From an uncultured Candidatus Saccharibacteria bacterium (GTDB taxonomy: Bacteria; Patescibacteriota; Minisyncoccia; Phycocordibacterales; CAIZLB01), in assembly GCA_964550955.1 (NCBI GenBank), contig CAZKAF010000001.1:99951-163950 (forward strand): a stretch of DNA of 64,000 bases, given 5' to 3'. How positions within the stretch are numbered: position 1 is the stretch's first letter; every line of letters begins with the position of its first letter. Made by a program: the position numbers and the translations under genes. Below are positions 1-9,560 of the stretch, piece by piece. The notes under the pieces were generated by a model that was not told the DNA's origin, made no database searches, and was given only the letters and a program-made list of their open reading frames with translations.

Positions 1-1
1 C

Positions 2-946
2 ATCTTCATGGATTTCTCGGTTTCTTTCGAGCTTAAGAACAACGTCATAGATTCTGTCGGAAACGGCATCAAGGTGAATGAGCATGTCACGCTCATGGGC
101 GCGAAGAAAATCACCGGCAACGGCATTGAGTCTGACGATTGGGCGCTGTACCTGGATTCGGCCGGCGTCGAGGCGCTTGGCAACGCGTTCAAGTCCGACA
201 AGTGGGTTTACAATAACGCATCCGGCAACGCGTTCGATAACGGAACGTCCGGCAACAAGTATTATTTTGCAAACGGCAGCGGCGCATGGACGCAGTTCGA
301 TATCAAGGATTCAAATAATGATAACTGGGCCGATGAAGGGGATGATCTTCCGTTCAGCGAAGCGACGCTCGGCGAATTGCATTGGTTCGGCGCCGGTCAG
401 GATGCGCATCCGTGGACTGAAGTCGACGTTTCTGCTCCTGCCGGAAGCGGCCAGAATTCGGGCGTCGCTGCTTCAGGCGGCCCGGTGGCCGTATCCAGCA
501 CGGTCTATTGCACGAATGCGCTGACGACGTTCTGTTCACCGCAAGTGCCATCGCTTGCGGCGCCTGGGCAGGCCCTCTCCTCGCTGGTGCCCGCTGCCGC
601 TCCATTAGCCTGCGGTCCGGGCCATGTCTTTGATGTTCGAACCGGCCTGCGGTGCGGCGCAACTTCGTCTTTCGGACTTGCAACCGGTCAGGCGGCGTCA
701 TTTTCATTCGCGTTCACTCAGGACCTGTCTCTCGGAAAAGTGCATCCGGAAGTAAAGCTGCTTCAGCAGTACCTCAACGCGAATGGATTCGCAATAGCTC
801 GAAGCGGTCCGGGCTCCATCGGAAACGAAACGACGATGTTCGGGTCATTGACACGAAGCGCGCTCGCTCGATTTCAGCAGGCAAAAGGAATCGTTCCGGC
901 TGCAGGATACTTCGGGCCCGTGACAAGAACGTTTGTCTCAAGATAG
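2..946 (+). CDS. 5'-truncated secreted repeat protein; C-terminus has two peptidoglycan-binding (PG_binding_1-like) modules
   Basis: Frame is open from the window edge (track ORF 8..946). C-terminal ~60-aa modules of the form LQQYLNANGF...GPGS.GNET..FG..TR.AL..FQ.A.GIVPAAGYFG are repeated and shared with the next gene. Confidence 0.55.
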   Translation: MFMDFSVSFELKNNVIDSVGNGIKVNEHVTLMGAKKITGNGIESDDWALYLDSAGVEALGNAFKSDKWVYNNASGNAFDNGTSGNKYYFANGSGAWTQFDIKDSNNDNWADEGDDLPFSEATLGELHWFGAGQDAHPWTEVDVSAPAGSGQNSGVAASGGPVAVSSTVYCTNALTTFCSPQVPSLAAPGQALSSLVPAAAPLACGPGHVFDVRTGLRCGATSSFGLATGQAASFSFAFTQDLSLGKVHPEVKLLQQYLNANGFAIARSGPGSIGNETTMFGSLTRSALARFQQAKGIVPAAGYFGPVTRTFVSR

Positions 947-1158
947 ATTGCCAGTCAGTTGCAGGATGAAATGACTGCTGAATATAAGCGCGATAGTCGC
1001 GCCATGAATGTCATGCCGGCATGATAATGCCTGCTGAGTCTTCCACACATCTTCATGTTTTCTTCATTAGGGCATCTTTCGATGTCTGTTACAATGAAAA
1101 GCACGGTTATTCGCTTTGGCGTCGCTGATCTTATCATTTAGCTTTCTCATTCCAATTC

Positions 1159-3390
1159 ATGATTACAAAAACACTTTTCGGACAGACAAAAAGCATCCTT
1201 GGAAAAATTGCCCAGGTCACTCTCATTTTCTCATTCCTCTTCAGTCCATTCGCCGGCATTGTCCCGGCTCTTGCTCCTCAAACCGCACAGGCTGCTGTTG
1301 ATGAGTGGACTATTCTCCCGGCGGGAGCCGCAACGGGTATCAGGTTCGGCACGACTCAGACGAATGCTGCCGCCTACGGCAACGGAAGATTCATTGTAGG
1401 TGGTAATTTGGGCAAAGCCTCGTACTCCGACGACGGCATCAACTGGACTGTCATTCCGCCGGGGGATGCGACTGGCATTAAATTTGGTACATCGGCTGTC
1501 TATTCTGCCGCGTATGGCAACGACAAGTTTGTCGTAGTCGGCGCTTCGGGCAAAGCCGCGTACTCGGCCAATGGCATCGACTGGACCGCTCTCGCGCCCG
1601 GAGACGATACCGGCATCAAGTTCGGAGAGTCCAATGTACGCTCAATAGCCTACGGCAACGGCATGTTCGTGGCCGTAGGCGATAGCGGCAAAGCCGCGTA
1701 CTCGGCCAATGGCATCGACTGGACCGCTCTCGCGCCCGGAGACGATACCGGCATCAAGGTTGGTTCCTCGAACATGAACGCAATAGCCTACGGCAACGGA
1801 AAGTTCGTGGCGGCTGGTTCTTTGGGCAGATTTTCATACTCCGACGACGGCATCAATTGGACTGCGTCGTGGATGTCGTCCATAAACGCCAATTCAATAG
1901 CCTACGGCAACGACAAGTTTGTCGTGGTTGGCGGTTCCGGCCAAGCCTCATATTCAATTAACGGCATCAGTTGGACCGCTCTCGCGCCCGGCGTGGCTTC
2001 GGGTGTCAAGTTTGGTAGCTCGAATGTCAATTCAATAGCCTACGGCAACGACAAGTTTGTCGTAGTCGGCGCTTCGGGCAAAGCCTCGTACTCCGACGAC
2101 GGCATCAACTGGACTGTCATTCCGCCCGGAGACGATACCGGCATCAAGGTTGGTTCCTCGAACATGAACGCAATAGCCTACGGCAACGGAAAGTTCGTGG
2201 CCGTAGGCGATAGCGGCAAAGCCTCGTACTCGCTGGTCCCACCCACATACACCCTCTCATTCGACGCTCAGGGCGGCAGCAGCACGTCCGACATTTTAGA
2301 CCTTGAAGAAGACGAATCAGTCACGCTTCCTGCAAGTTCAACTCGAGCAGGTTTTGTCTTCAAAAATTGGAACACTCAGGATGACGGTGACGGCACCGCC
2401 TACGCCGCGGGCGCGTCATATGTAATGCCGGGCGCGAACACGACGCTCTATGCCATCTGGAACGCTGTGCATGTCATTACTGCTTCGGCAAATGCCGGAG
2501 GGTCCATCAGCCCTTCCGGAGCCGTTGAGGTCGAAGAGGGCGAGGATCAGACATTTACCATCACCCCCGACAGCGGCTACTCCATTTCCAATGTAAAGGT
2601 GGGCGATGACGATTTGGGAGCCATTTCAGCATATACGTTCGACGACGTGCAGGAAGACCATGCGATCACCGCGTCATTCGTTCAGGATTCTGTTCCGGTT
2701 CCCAGCGGCCCTGTGACTGGCGGGTTGCCAACATTCAGCTCCGCTCCGGTGTATTGCAGCGGCACCCAGACCTCGTTCTGCAATCCAGGAACGCCGTTCC
2801 AGCCAATCGGCCAGACTCAGCCCGCGCCTGCCAGCCCGTCCTTCGGCCGCGACCTTCAAGCGGGATCTGCTGGCGCCGACGTGCTTGATCTTCAGCGATT
2901 CTTGAATGCGCGCGGGTACATGGTTGCTCCAAGCGGTCCCGGCTCGCCTGGCAATGAGACAAGCACTTTCGGCCAGCTGACGCGACAGGCTCTTGCGAAG
3001 TTCCAAGCCGCGAACGGCATCGTGCCTGCAGCCGGATATCTCGGTTCGATAACGCGAGCGTTCATCGCATCCATGCAGTCAATGCCAGGCGCGGCCGTTC
3101 CTGCTCCTATCCCTGCGGCACCTGTTCCTGCCGAGCCGTCTTCGCCGGCTGCACATGCGCGCGACCTTGATATGGGCATGTCGGGAGACGATGTCCGCGC
3201 TCTTCAGAATCTGCTCATCTCGCAAGGTCAGGTCATTCCGTCCGGCGCGACGGGGCTCTTCGGCGCGCAGACCAAGGCTGCCCTCGCCGCATATCAGGCC
3301 GCGAACGGCATCGTTCCTGCTGCGGGATATTTTGGCGCGGTCACTCGCGCGCACATGAAAGCTGCGGGGCTGAGCGGGCTGTGGTGGTAA
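1159..3390 (+). CDS. large secreted surface protein: N-terminal signal/TM, ~46-aa beta-propeller-like tandem repeats, Listeria/Bacteroides-type repeat domains, three C-terminal peptidoglycan-binding modules
   Basis: 743-aa ORF with a hydrophobic N-terminus ending AQA. Repeats of the form AYGNGKFVAVGDSGKA.YS.DGI.WT...PGDDTGIK. C-terminal PG_binding_1-like modules paralogous to those of ORF 2..946. Confidence 0.7.
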   Translation: MITKTLFGQTKSILGKIAQVTLIFSFLFSPFAGIVPALAPQTAQAAVDEWTILPAGAATGIRFGTTQTNAAAYGNGRFIVGGNLGKASYSDDGINWTVIPPGDATGIKFGTSAVYSAAYGNDKFVVVGASGKAAYSANGIDWTALAPGDDTGIKFGESNVRSIAYGNGMFVAVGDSGKAAYSANGIDWTALAPGDDTGIKVGSSNMNAIAYGNGKFVAAGSLGRFSYSDDGINWTASWMSSINANSIAYGNDKFVVVGGSGQASYSINGISWTALAPGVASGVKFGSSNVNSIAYGNDKFVVVGASGKASYSDDGINWTVIPPGDDTGIKVGSSNMNAIAYGNGKFVAVGDSGKASYSLVPPTYTLSFDAQGGSSTSDILDLEEDESVTLPASSTRAGFVFKNWNTQDDGDGTAYAAGASYVMPGANTTLYAIWNAVHVITASANAGGSISPSGAVEVEEGEDQTFTITPDSGYSISNVKVGDDDLGAISAYTFDDVQEDHAITASFVQDSVPVPSGPVTGGLPTFSSAPVYCSGTQTSFCNPGTPFQPIGQTQPAPASPSFGRDLQAGSAGADVLDLQRFLNARGYMVAPSGPGSPGNETSTFGQLTRQALAKFQAANGIVPAAGYLGSITRAFIASMQSMPGAAVPAPIPAAPVPAEPSSPAAHARDLDMGMSGDDVRALQNLLISQGQVIPSGATGLFGAQTKAALAAYQAANGIVPAAGYFGAVTRAHMKAAGLSGLWW
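1395..2230 (+). repeat. intragenic tandem repeats (~138-bp unit) inside the surface-protein gene
   Basis: Two 70-nt stretches, 1551-1620 and 1689-1758, are identical at the nucleotide level; other units are diverged. Confidence 0.65.
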
Positions 3391-3424
3391 GGAAGGTTTT
3401 GAAAAAATATTGTATAATCAGCAT

Positions 3425-3751
3425 ATGAAAAAGAACATCATCATAACGACGACTGAAACGATTTCCGGCCGGGAAGTTTCCCAGGTCTTGGGACTCGTGA
3501 AGGGGAATACGGTTCAGACGCGGCATATCGGAAGCCATATACTTGCCGGACTGACTACGGTGGTCGGCGGAGAAGTGAAGGGCTACGTGAAAGCTATCAC
3601 CTCGGCTCGGGAAGAGGCTACAAGCCGCATGATAGAGGAAGCGGAAGCTCTCGGCGCCGACGGCATCATCTGCATGCGCTATTCGACGTCCCAGATCATG
3701 AACGGCGCAGCGGAGATACTGGCGTACGGCACGGCGGTTAAGTTCAGGTAG
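3425..3751 (+). CDS. ybjQ: YbjQ/UPF0145 (DUF74) family protein
   Basis: About 108 aa with the family-typical motif ...SGREV...VKGNTV..R.IG....AGL....GGEV..Y......AREEA...M...A..LGADGII..RY. An extended -10 element TGTATAAT at 3411-3418 favours the ATG at 3425 over the track TTG at 3410. Confidence 0.7.
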   Translation: MKKNIIITTTETISGREVSQVLGLVKGNTVQTRHIGSHILAGLTTVVGGEVKGYVKAITSAREEATSRMIEEAEALGADGIICMRYSTSQIMNGAAEILAYGTAVKFR

Positions 3752-3792
3752 AGTAAGCTGCTGCAGGAGCGATTTGATTAAAAATTAGCATT

Positions 3793-4008
3793 ATGAACAT
3801 TCCAAGAATATTTGGTTTTGATGGCCTGTCTGCGGGCCTTTCGCTGCTGCTGTCATGCATTATTTTCGCAGTCTTCTTTTTCGTGATTAGAGAATTAGTG
3901 GCCTGGTATTGGAAAATAAACAGGGCGATTGAGCTTTTGGAAAAGATAGAAATTAATACGAGAAAGTCCAGCGGCAAATATGAAAAAGGGGAAGGGGAAA
4001 AGGAGTGA
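3793..4008 (+). CDS. small hypothetical membrane protein
   Basis: 71-aa ORF with one clear hydrophobic helix; no recognisable family. Confidence 0.3.
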   Translation: MNIPRIFGFDGLSAGLSLLLSCIIFAVFFFVIRELVAWYWKINRAIELLEKIEINTRKSSGKYEKGEGEKE

Positions 4009-4075
4009 TGTCGTTTTTACGACTTTACACGTCCTGCCGCCATGCTAGTATACGAGCAAACATAGTTCCGCGGCT

Positions 4076-4417
4076 TTGCCGCATGTTGAAATCGGCAGCG
4101 AAACCAAGCTCGGGACATTCTCAATCAAACCTCAACAAGCATTTCTCATGGCTTACTTTACCAGGCAAGTGTTAGGAGTCGAAGAGGGAATCGACATACG
4201 CATTACCGACAAGGACGGCAATCTGCCCATCGACTGTCTGTTTTGCGGCGGAATCGCCAAATTTCAGGTCACTGACGCGAAGCATCGGAGTCCCATCATC
4301 CAGATACGGGTATGCGCTTCGCCGGCATGCTGCGCGCAGGCGTTTTCATACATTCTTCAGGCCGGGTACGGACTCTCGCCTGAAGGGTCGCAAGTTCCTG
4401 AATTTTCGCATGCATAA
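4076..4417 (+). CDS. hypothetical Cys-containing protein (TTG start)
   Basis: 113-aa ORF, followed by the intrinsic terminator at 4426-4455. Confidence 0.35.
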   Translation: MPHVEIGSETKLGTFSIKPQQAFLMAYFTRQVLGVEEGIDIRITDKDGNLPIDCLFCGGIAKFQVTDAKHRSPIIQIRVCASPACCAQAFSYILQAGYGLSPEGSQVPEFSHA

Positions 4418-4425
4418 GCTGTTAA

Positions 4426-4455
4426 GCCCCGGGTGAACCCCGGGGCTTCTCTTTT
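4426..4455 (+). terminator. rho-independent terminator
   Basis: Hairpin GCCCCGGG-tgaa-CCCGGGGC followed by TTCTCTTTT. Confidence 0.65.
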
Positions 4456-4479
4456 GAAGCGTTTTTCGCAAAGCATCCG

Positions 4480-4505
4480 CCCTGACAAATTTTAATTTGT
4501 CAGGG
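4480..4505. terminator. perfect 11-bp-stem inverted repeat between convergent genes (terminator-like hairpin or protein-binding palindrome)
   Basis: ccctgacaaat-ttta-atttgtcaggg; no obvious U-tract follows. Confidence 0.3.
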
Positions 4506-4532
4506 ACGTATTAAAATTAGAGGCTTAAATTT

Positions 4533-5210
4533 TTAATTTAAATCTGATATCAATTCCTTCTCTTCTGAACCGTCGGGCCTGAGCTCGAACGTGGCACGGT
4601 CTTGGAATCTGATAATTTCTCCAAGGTTTCTCCCGTTCACTTTCTTCTTCTGGACCTTGAATGTTTCCGGGGCTTCCAGTCCGATTACGACCATCGGCAC
4701 CGAAAGTATGTTGCTGAGAGGGGCGAGGTATCTGCAAATTTTTTCATATTCTCCAACCGCGCTATCGAAAGCGCCCGCTTTTTTCAGACTTGCTGTGGCG
4801 CAAATCACGATTCCGACTTTTGTTTCGATTGCTTTCTTCACGTGGTTCATCTCGCTGGCAAGCACGGGCTTTAAAAGATTCCATGCAATCGCTTCGCCAT
4901 GATTGAAGCCGACTTCGATCGAAATGCTATCCTTGGCAAAGTCGAGCCTCCACTTGTTTCCAGTATATCCTTCTTGTTGAAAAATAGGGGATTCTTTCTG
5001 CCATCCTTTCTCCTCGAGCCTTTCCCTGAGGAGGTCGTTTATTGCGTACGAAAGGCTCATTTTGTTCGAATACTTCTCAGTCTGCTTTCGAATCATGTCC
5101 ATGTCGGTAATGCTTGAAATCGCATCCAGGACCTCCTGATAAAGGGCTGAGTAGGTTTCTTCTTTGAGGATGATGTCGCCTTGCCTATGGGGCTTAATTA
5201 CGTATTTCAT
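4533..5210 (-). CDS. type II restriction endonuclease, BglII/BstYI-like fold
   Basis: 225 aa. The segments EVGFNHGEAIAWNLL...KVGIVICATASL...ILSVPMVVIGLEAP align with the BglII core EVQFSNYPF...KVAIIITKG...VFDVPIRLVGLIE. Divergently paired with a C5-methyltransferase. Confidence 0.5.
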   Translation of the reverse strand: MKYVIKPHRQGDIILKEETYSALYQEVLDAISSITDMDMIRKQTEKYSNKMSLSYAINDLLRERLEEKGWQKESPIFQQEGYTGNKWRLDFAKDSISIEVGFNHGEAIAWNLLKPVLASEMNHVKKAIETKVGIVICATASLKKAGAFDSAVGEYEKICRYLAPLSNILSVPMVVIGLEAPETFKVQKKKVNGRNLGEIIRFQDRATFELRPDGSEEKELISDLN

Positions 5211-5279
5211 GACTATATAACACCTCTAAGGATAGATCAAGATTGATCAATTGTCCATTAAATGATACTATTCTGGCAT

Positions 5280-6521
5280 ATGAAAAAGTCGGCCAAGAAG
5301 ACTATAAAGGTTGTTGAATTGTTCGCGGGAGTAGGAGGATTCAGGGTCGGCTTTGACCGAGCTTCTGGTGCCGATAAGGGCTACGACGTCGTCTGGAGCA
5401 ATCAGTGGGAGCCGGGCACAAAAACCCAGCATGCTTCGGATGTATACGTTGCTAGATTCGGAGAAGGCGGTCATTCGAATGAGGACATACAGGAAGTTTC
5501 TACGGATAAGATTCCGAATCACGACATGCTCGTCGGCGGATTCCCGTGCCAGGATTACTCAGTTGCCCGCACGTTGAGCCAGTCCGCTGGGCTAGGGGGC
5601 AAGAAGGGCGTTTTGTGGTGGTCCATTCATAGAATCTTAAAGGAGAAGGGAAAGAATTCGCCATCATTCTTGATGCTTGAAAATGTCGACCGGCTTTTAA
5701 AGTCTCCTGCGTCCCAGAGAGGGAGAGACTTTGCCGTGATGCTCGCCTCGTTGGCTGACTTGGGATATGCAGTTGAATGGAGGGTCATCAATGCGGCGGA
5801 TTATGGCATGCCTCAGCGAAGAAGAAGGGTGTACATACTCGGCTACAAGAAGGGAACTCCTCTGTATAAGGAATTGGCGAAGACTAATGTCGTCGAATGG
5901 CTCAATGCGAAAGGGGTGCACGCCGAAGCTTTTCCCGTGAGGAGCGAATCAAATTTAAAGACTTTCATTTTGGAAGGCGACCTTGCTGACATCACCAAGG
6001 ATTTTAATGCGAAAGATGCTTTTCAGACAGCCGGCGTGATGATTAATCGGATTGTTCATACGTTTAAGGCCGTTCCTGCGTACGAAGGAAAGCTGGCCAA
6101 GCTGAAAGATTTCCTTTTGCCTGATAAGCAGGTTCCAGAAGATTACTTTATAAACGACGAGGCGATGGCTGAATGGAAGAGGCAGAAAGGCGGAAAGAAA
6201 GAAAAACGAACAAGCAAAAGCGGATTCGAGTATCATTACAGCGAAGGCCCGATGGCGTTCCCGGATTCTCTCGATAAGCCGTCACGAACTATTGTCACGG
6301 GGGAAGGGGGCTCGACGCCTTCTCGATTCAAGCACGTTATACAAACAAAGTCTGGAAAATATCGAAGGCTTACTCCTGTGGAACTTGAACGCTTGAATAT
6401 GTTTCCAGACGGTCACACTGAAGGACCTTCCGCTGTCAGGCGCGCGTTCTTCATGGGAAATGCTTTGGTTGTCGGCATTGTTACGAAGCTGGGGCAGGAG
6501 ATTTTGAGGAGGGTTGGTTAA
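5280..6521 (+). CDS. DNA (cytosine-5)-methyltransferase
   Basis: Motif I FAGVGGF, motif IV PCQDYSVA and motif VI ENV are present, with a C-terminal target-recognition region. The track start at 5262 is also possible. Confidence 0.9.
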   Translation: MKKSAKKTIKVVELFAGVGGFRVGFDRASGADKGYDVVWSNQWEPGTKTQHASDVYVARFGEGGHSNEDIQEVSTDKIPNHDMLVGGFPCQDYSVARTLSQSAGLGGKKGVLWWSIHRILKEKGKNSPSFLMLENVDRLLKSPASQRGRDFAVMLASLADLGYAVEWRVINAADYGMPQRRRRVYILGYKKGTPLYKELAKTNVVEWLNAKGVHAEAFPVRSESNLKTFILEGDLADITKDFNAKDAFQTAGVMINRIVHTFKAVPAYEGKLAKLKDFLLPDKQVPEDYFINDEAMAEWKRQKGGKKEKRTSKSGFEYHYSEGPMAFPDSLDKPSRTIVTGEGGSTPSRFKHVIQTKSGKYRRLTPVELERLNMFPDGHTEGPSAVRRAFFMGNALVVGIVTKLGQEILRRVG

Positions 6522-6550
6522 ATCCCATGAGGCGGTGTCAATGAGATTTG

Positions 6551-7603
6551 TTAGTTTATATTGATGTTTTTACCACATACCTTGCATGTTTTGCCTAGAA
6601 AAGTGGTTCGAAAAACTGTAGTTGCGAGAGCGATGCCTTCCTCGGTCGGATTCTTGGTACCGCAATAAGGGCAGTACAAAATTTCCGGCGGCATAATCAT
6701 TGATTCTGATATTGTATATCCGGCATATGCATTTGCGGGAAGGACGATTTTTTCGCCGGTGAGTGTATAACCTACAATCGGTCGGTTTACAGTTGTTGTG
6801 ATGGGAACAGACATTAATGAGGACAGTGTATTTCCTCCTAAGGTGATTGGGCTTCGCCATGCAGCAGCCGAAACGCTATCTGCGTAGGTTTTTTCTCTAT
6901 CAACAACTTCTTTTTTTATAGTTTCCTTCTTATTGAATCGATTGATGAATTCCGCCAGCGAATCAAAAAGTGTAATTGGGTATGGGCTTGCTTTGGTCCA
7001 TTCTGATTTCAAAAAAGAATTTAAGGCTTTATTGCCCTTTTGTTTCTCTGCATAATCTGAATCATTCGATATGATAGTCAGCGCGTTCGAGGTTGAGTTT
7101 GCTAAGATTGTCTCCCATGCTATGGCATCTCCGTAAGAATGGTCATTCTTTCTTGGAGGATTGCCCCTGAGGTATCTCCTGTGGGCCTTTTCAAGCACTT
7201 CTGGATTATCTGGCAAGAGGAGAGCTTTCTTAAAAAGTTGCTTGATTATTTTATCGGCCTCAGTCCTCTCTCTTTCGATTTCATCGTCATGTTCCTTGAT
7301 TAAATTCTTGAAGGATTCCTTTGTTTTAGCAATATTCTTGCTGAGGGCCCTTACTTTGCGAGAAGACTTTCCAATAAGATGAACGTTCGGCGCAGAATTG
7401 ACTGATTGCATCAGGTACTCCCTTTTTTCTTCTGCAACCTTCCTTCTTCCTCTGCGGTATTCATTAATCGTTTGTTCAGGCAGCAAGAGTGTGACTTTAT
7501 TACCCTTCACTAGTTCGGCGAGTTTCCTCAGTGGCTCGAGACGGTCTGCAGTAGTTGCTCTGAAATAGTCCAGATATATGTTTGTGTCGAGAAATATGCG
7601 CAT
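6551..7603 (-). CDS. PIN-like domain protein (DUF4935-like) with C-terminal zinc ribbon
   Basis: The N-terminus MRIFLDTNIYLDYF is PIN-like and acidic. The C-terminus has CPYCG...CKVCGK. The gene is adjacent to the R-M pair. Confidence 0.5.
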   Translation of the reverse strand: MRIFLDTNIYLDYFRATTADRLEPLRKLAELVKGNKVTLLLPEQTINEYRRGRRKVAEEKREYLMQSVNSAPNVHLIGKSSRKVRALSKNIAKTKESFKNLIKEHDDEIERERTEADKIIKQLFKKALLLPDNPEVLEKAHRRYLRGNPPRKNDHSYGDAIAWETILANSTSNALTIISNDSDYAEKQKGNKALNSFLKSEWTKASPYPITLFDSLAEFINRFNKKETIKKEVVDREKTYADSVSAAAWRSPITLGGNTLSSLMSVPITTTVNRPIVGYTLTGEKIVLPANAYAGYTISESMIMPPEILYCPYCGTKNPTEEGIALATTVFRTTFLGKTCKVCGKNININ

Positions 7604-7769
7604 CTTAATTCTTTGCTCTTTCTTGGATTATACAACAAATAATCTATTTTGATAAGCATAGAATAGATTGGAACCTGTCCCTTGGCTCTCGGCTCATCCC
7701 GTTTTGGAATTCTCGGCCAGCTCCTTCTGCTCTAAATTTCCAAAAAAATGCTAAAATGAAACCGCACGC

Positions 7770-8099
7770 ATGCAACCTAAGAAACGCTACAAAATAGTCG
7801 TGTATGTTCCTGGACCGGACGCGGACAAGCTCCGTGAGGCTATGGGCAATGCGGGGGCCGGAATAATCGGCAACTATTCGCATTGCACGTTCACGGTAAA
7901 AGGCACGGGCAGGTTCAGGCCGCTTGAAGGGGCGAATCCGGCAATCGGCGAAGTGGGAAAATTGGAAGAGGTTGCCGAGGACAGGATTGAGACAGTGTGC
8001 GAGGCTGACAAGCTCGCCGCCGTGCTTAAGGCCATCAAGGACGCGCATCCGTATGAAGAACCCGCTACCGACGTGTACCCGATAGAAGTATTTGAATAA
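7770..8099 (+). CDS. small CutA/PII-like fold protein (Nif3 insert-domain-like, COG3323-type)
   Basis: 109 aa: YKIVVYVP...AGAGIIGNYSHCTF.VKGTGRFRP.EGANP.IGEV...HPYEEPA. Confidence 0.45.
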   Translation: MQPKKRYKIVVYVPGPDADKLREAMGNAGAGIIGNYSHCTFTVKGTGRFRPLEGANPAIGEVGKLEEVAEDRIETVCEADKLAAVLKAIKDAHPYEEPATDVYPIEVFE

Positions 8100-8116
8100 C
8101 TCTCCGCCAGCTCGCC

Positions 8117-8860
8117 ATGAATCCTACGCTAATCAAAAATTGCAAATCGCTGCTCGAAGCCTTCAAGTCAGGCGGGCTTGGGCAGACGGTGATGCCTGAA
8201 GATTCGAACCCGGGCTTTTCCGACAAGGACGCGGAAATGAGAATCGCGTACTTCACGCTGCCGATGGCTTTGAACTATCAGAGAGACAGCTATAAGCTGT
8301 GGGAGGCCGCGCTTAAGACATTCAACGATTCTGAGACAAGATTCGTGTTCGACGCCGTCAAGGTTTCCGAAGCCGCCGAAGATGATGTCAGGAGGGCCTT
8401 GATGAAATATAAAGTCGCGCTCCAGCCTAACAAGCATGTGAATACCTGGAGAACGATCGCGAAGACCGTGTCGGAGAATTGGGGGTCATTCGCCAGGTTT
8501 TTCGAAGCGGCGGAAAATGATTTCTCGAATCTCAAGCAGATGGTTAAGGTTGATCATAAGAAAGGGTTTCCGTATCTGTCCGGTCCGAAAATTTTCAATT
8601 ACTGGTCATTCATCATGAGCACGTACGGCGGCATCGAGCTGTCGAATCGCGACCAGATAGAAATTGCCCCGGATACGCATATCGCTCAGTGCTCGGTCAG
8701 GCTTGGCGTCGTAACTCAGGAGGAAGCGCTGGCTTTAACCAAGGACGCGGTGTCCGAACGCTGGAGGGAATTGCTCAAGGGGAGCGGAATAGACCCGATT
8801 GACATGCATCCGCCTCTGTGGTTTTGGAGCAGGAACGGCTTTTTGTTTAAATTGGATTAA
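8117..8860 (+). CDS. hypothetical protein (possible HhH/AGOG-like DNA glycosylase; weak)
   Basis: 247-aa ORF in good coding context; no firm motif. Confidence 0.45.
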   Translation: MNPTLIKNCKSLLEAFKSGGLGQTVMPEDSNPGFSDKDAEMRIAYFTLPMALNYQRDSYKLWEAALKTFNDSETRFVFDAVKVSEAAEDDVRRALMKYKVALQPNKHVNTWRTIAKTVSENWGSFARFFEAAENDFSNLKQMVKVDHKKGFPYLSGPKIFNYWSFIMSTYGGIELSNRDQIEIAPDTHIAQCSVRLGVVTQEEALALTKDAVSERWRELLKGSGIDPIDMHPPLWFWSRNGFLFKLD

Positions 8861-8960
8861 AAATGCTAAAATGAGCCTAATGGATAAGAAGCCCGAATTG
8901 AAAGATTGATTAGAGCTATTAACAAAAGGGTCGGCTATTGTTATTGGTATTACATACGCA

Positions 8961-9560
8961 TTGGGGTTTTTTGTATGGAATTTTTATGTGCAGTTACTCG
9001 GCTTTTACCCTGAGTTGTTCCAAGGTAGATTTGTCACTACGGGTGCTTTGTTGGTGTTCATGGGCATGACATTATTCGGCTTTGGAGTTATGGCAAAAGA
9101 ATCAATTGTGTGGTTGTTGGAAAAAATGGGAGGTCGAGACCTTTATATCTTCAATACTGGCGGTGAGTATTCTAAGTTCGCACGGTTTTATTTTGTGACA
9201 GTAACTGCGCTTGCATACTTGCTATCTTTCAGTCTTTTTGTGTTTCCTCATATAGATGGACACTTCGGCGGCAATAAACCACGATTGGTTTCAATAATCG
9301 GAAATTCTGAGGACATCTCCTATCTCAAGAATTTCGGGGTACCTTTGGCTTCAAGCATTCAGACAGGGCTTCTTTGCGTTGCCTACGAAGACAAGGAATA
9401 CATGATAGTCATCCTTATGGATAGAATAATTTCATTAAAGAAAGATTCTTATACTGGTTTTGTGAGTTTGCCAAATAAAGACGAAGGGAAATATAAAAAT
9501 GAATGTACCAGTATTATTGTTACGAATCTGGTAAAAGCTCGTGCTTTAAAGAATGAATAG
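8961..9560 (+). CDS. hypothetical membrane protein in an AT-rich segment
   Basis: Multiple hydrophobic helices; local GC is clearly lower than in the flanks. Confidence 0.45.
   Translation: MGFFVWNFYVQLLGFYPELFQGRFVTTGALLVFMGMTLFGFGVMAKESIVWLLEKMGGRDLYIFNTGGEYSKFARFYFVTVTALAYLLSFSLFVFPHIDGHFGGNKPRLVSIIGNSEDISYLKNFGVPLASSIQTGLLCVAYEDKEYMIVILMDRIISLKKDSYTGFVSLPNKDEGKYKNECTSIIVTNLVKARALKNE

Noticed and set aside
78-969. Overlapping ORFs 78-524 (+), 354-707 (-) and 652-969 (+) inside the first gene
   Set aside because: Alternative frames of a GC-rich, repeat-containing coding region; Arg-rich nonsense translations.
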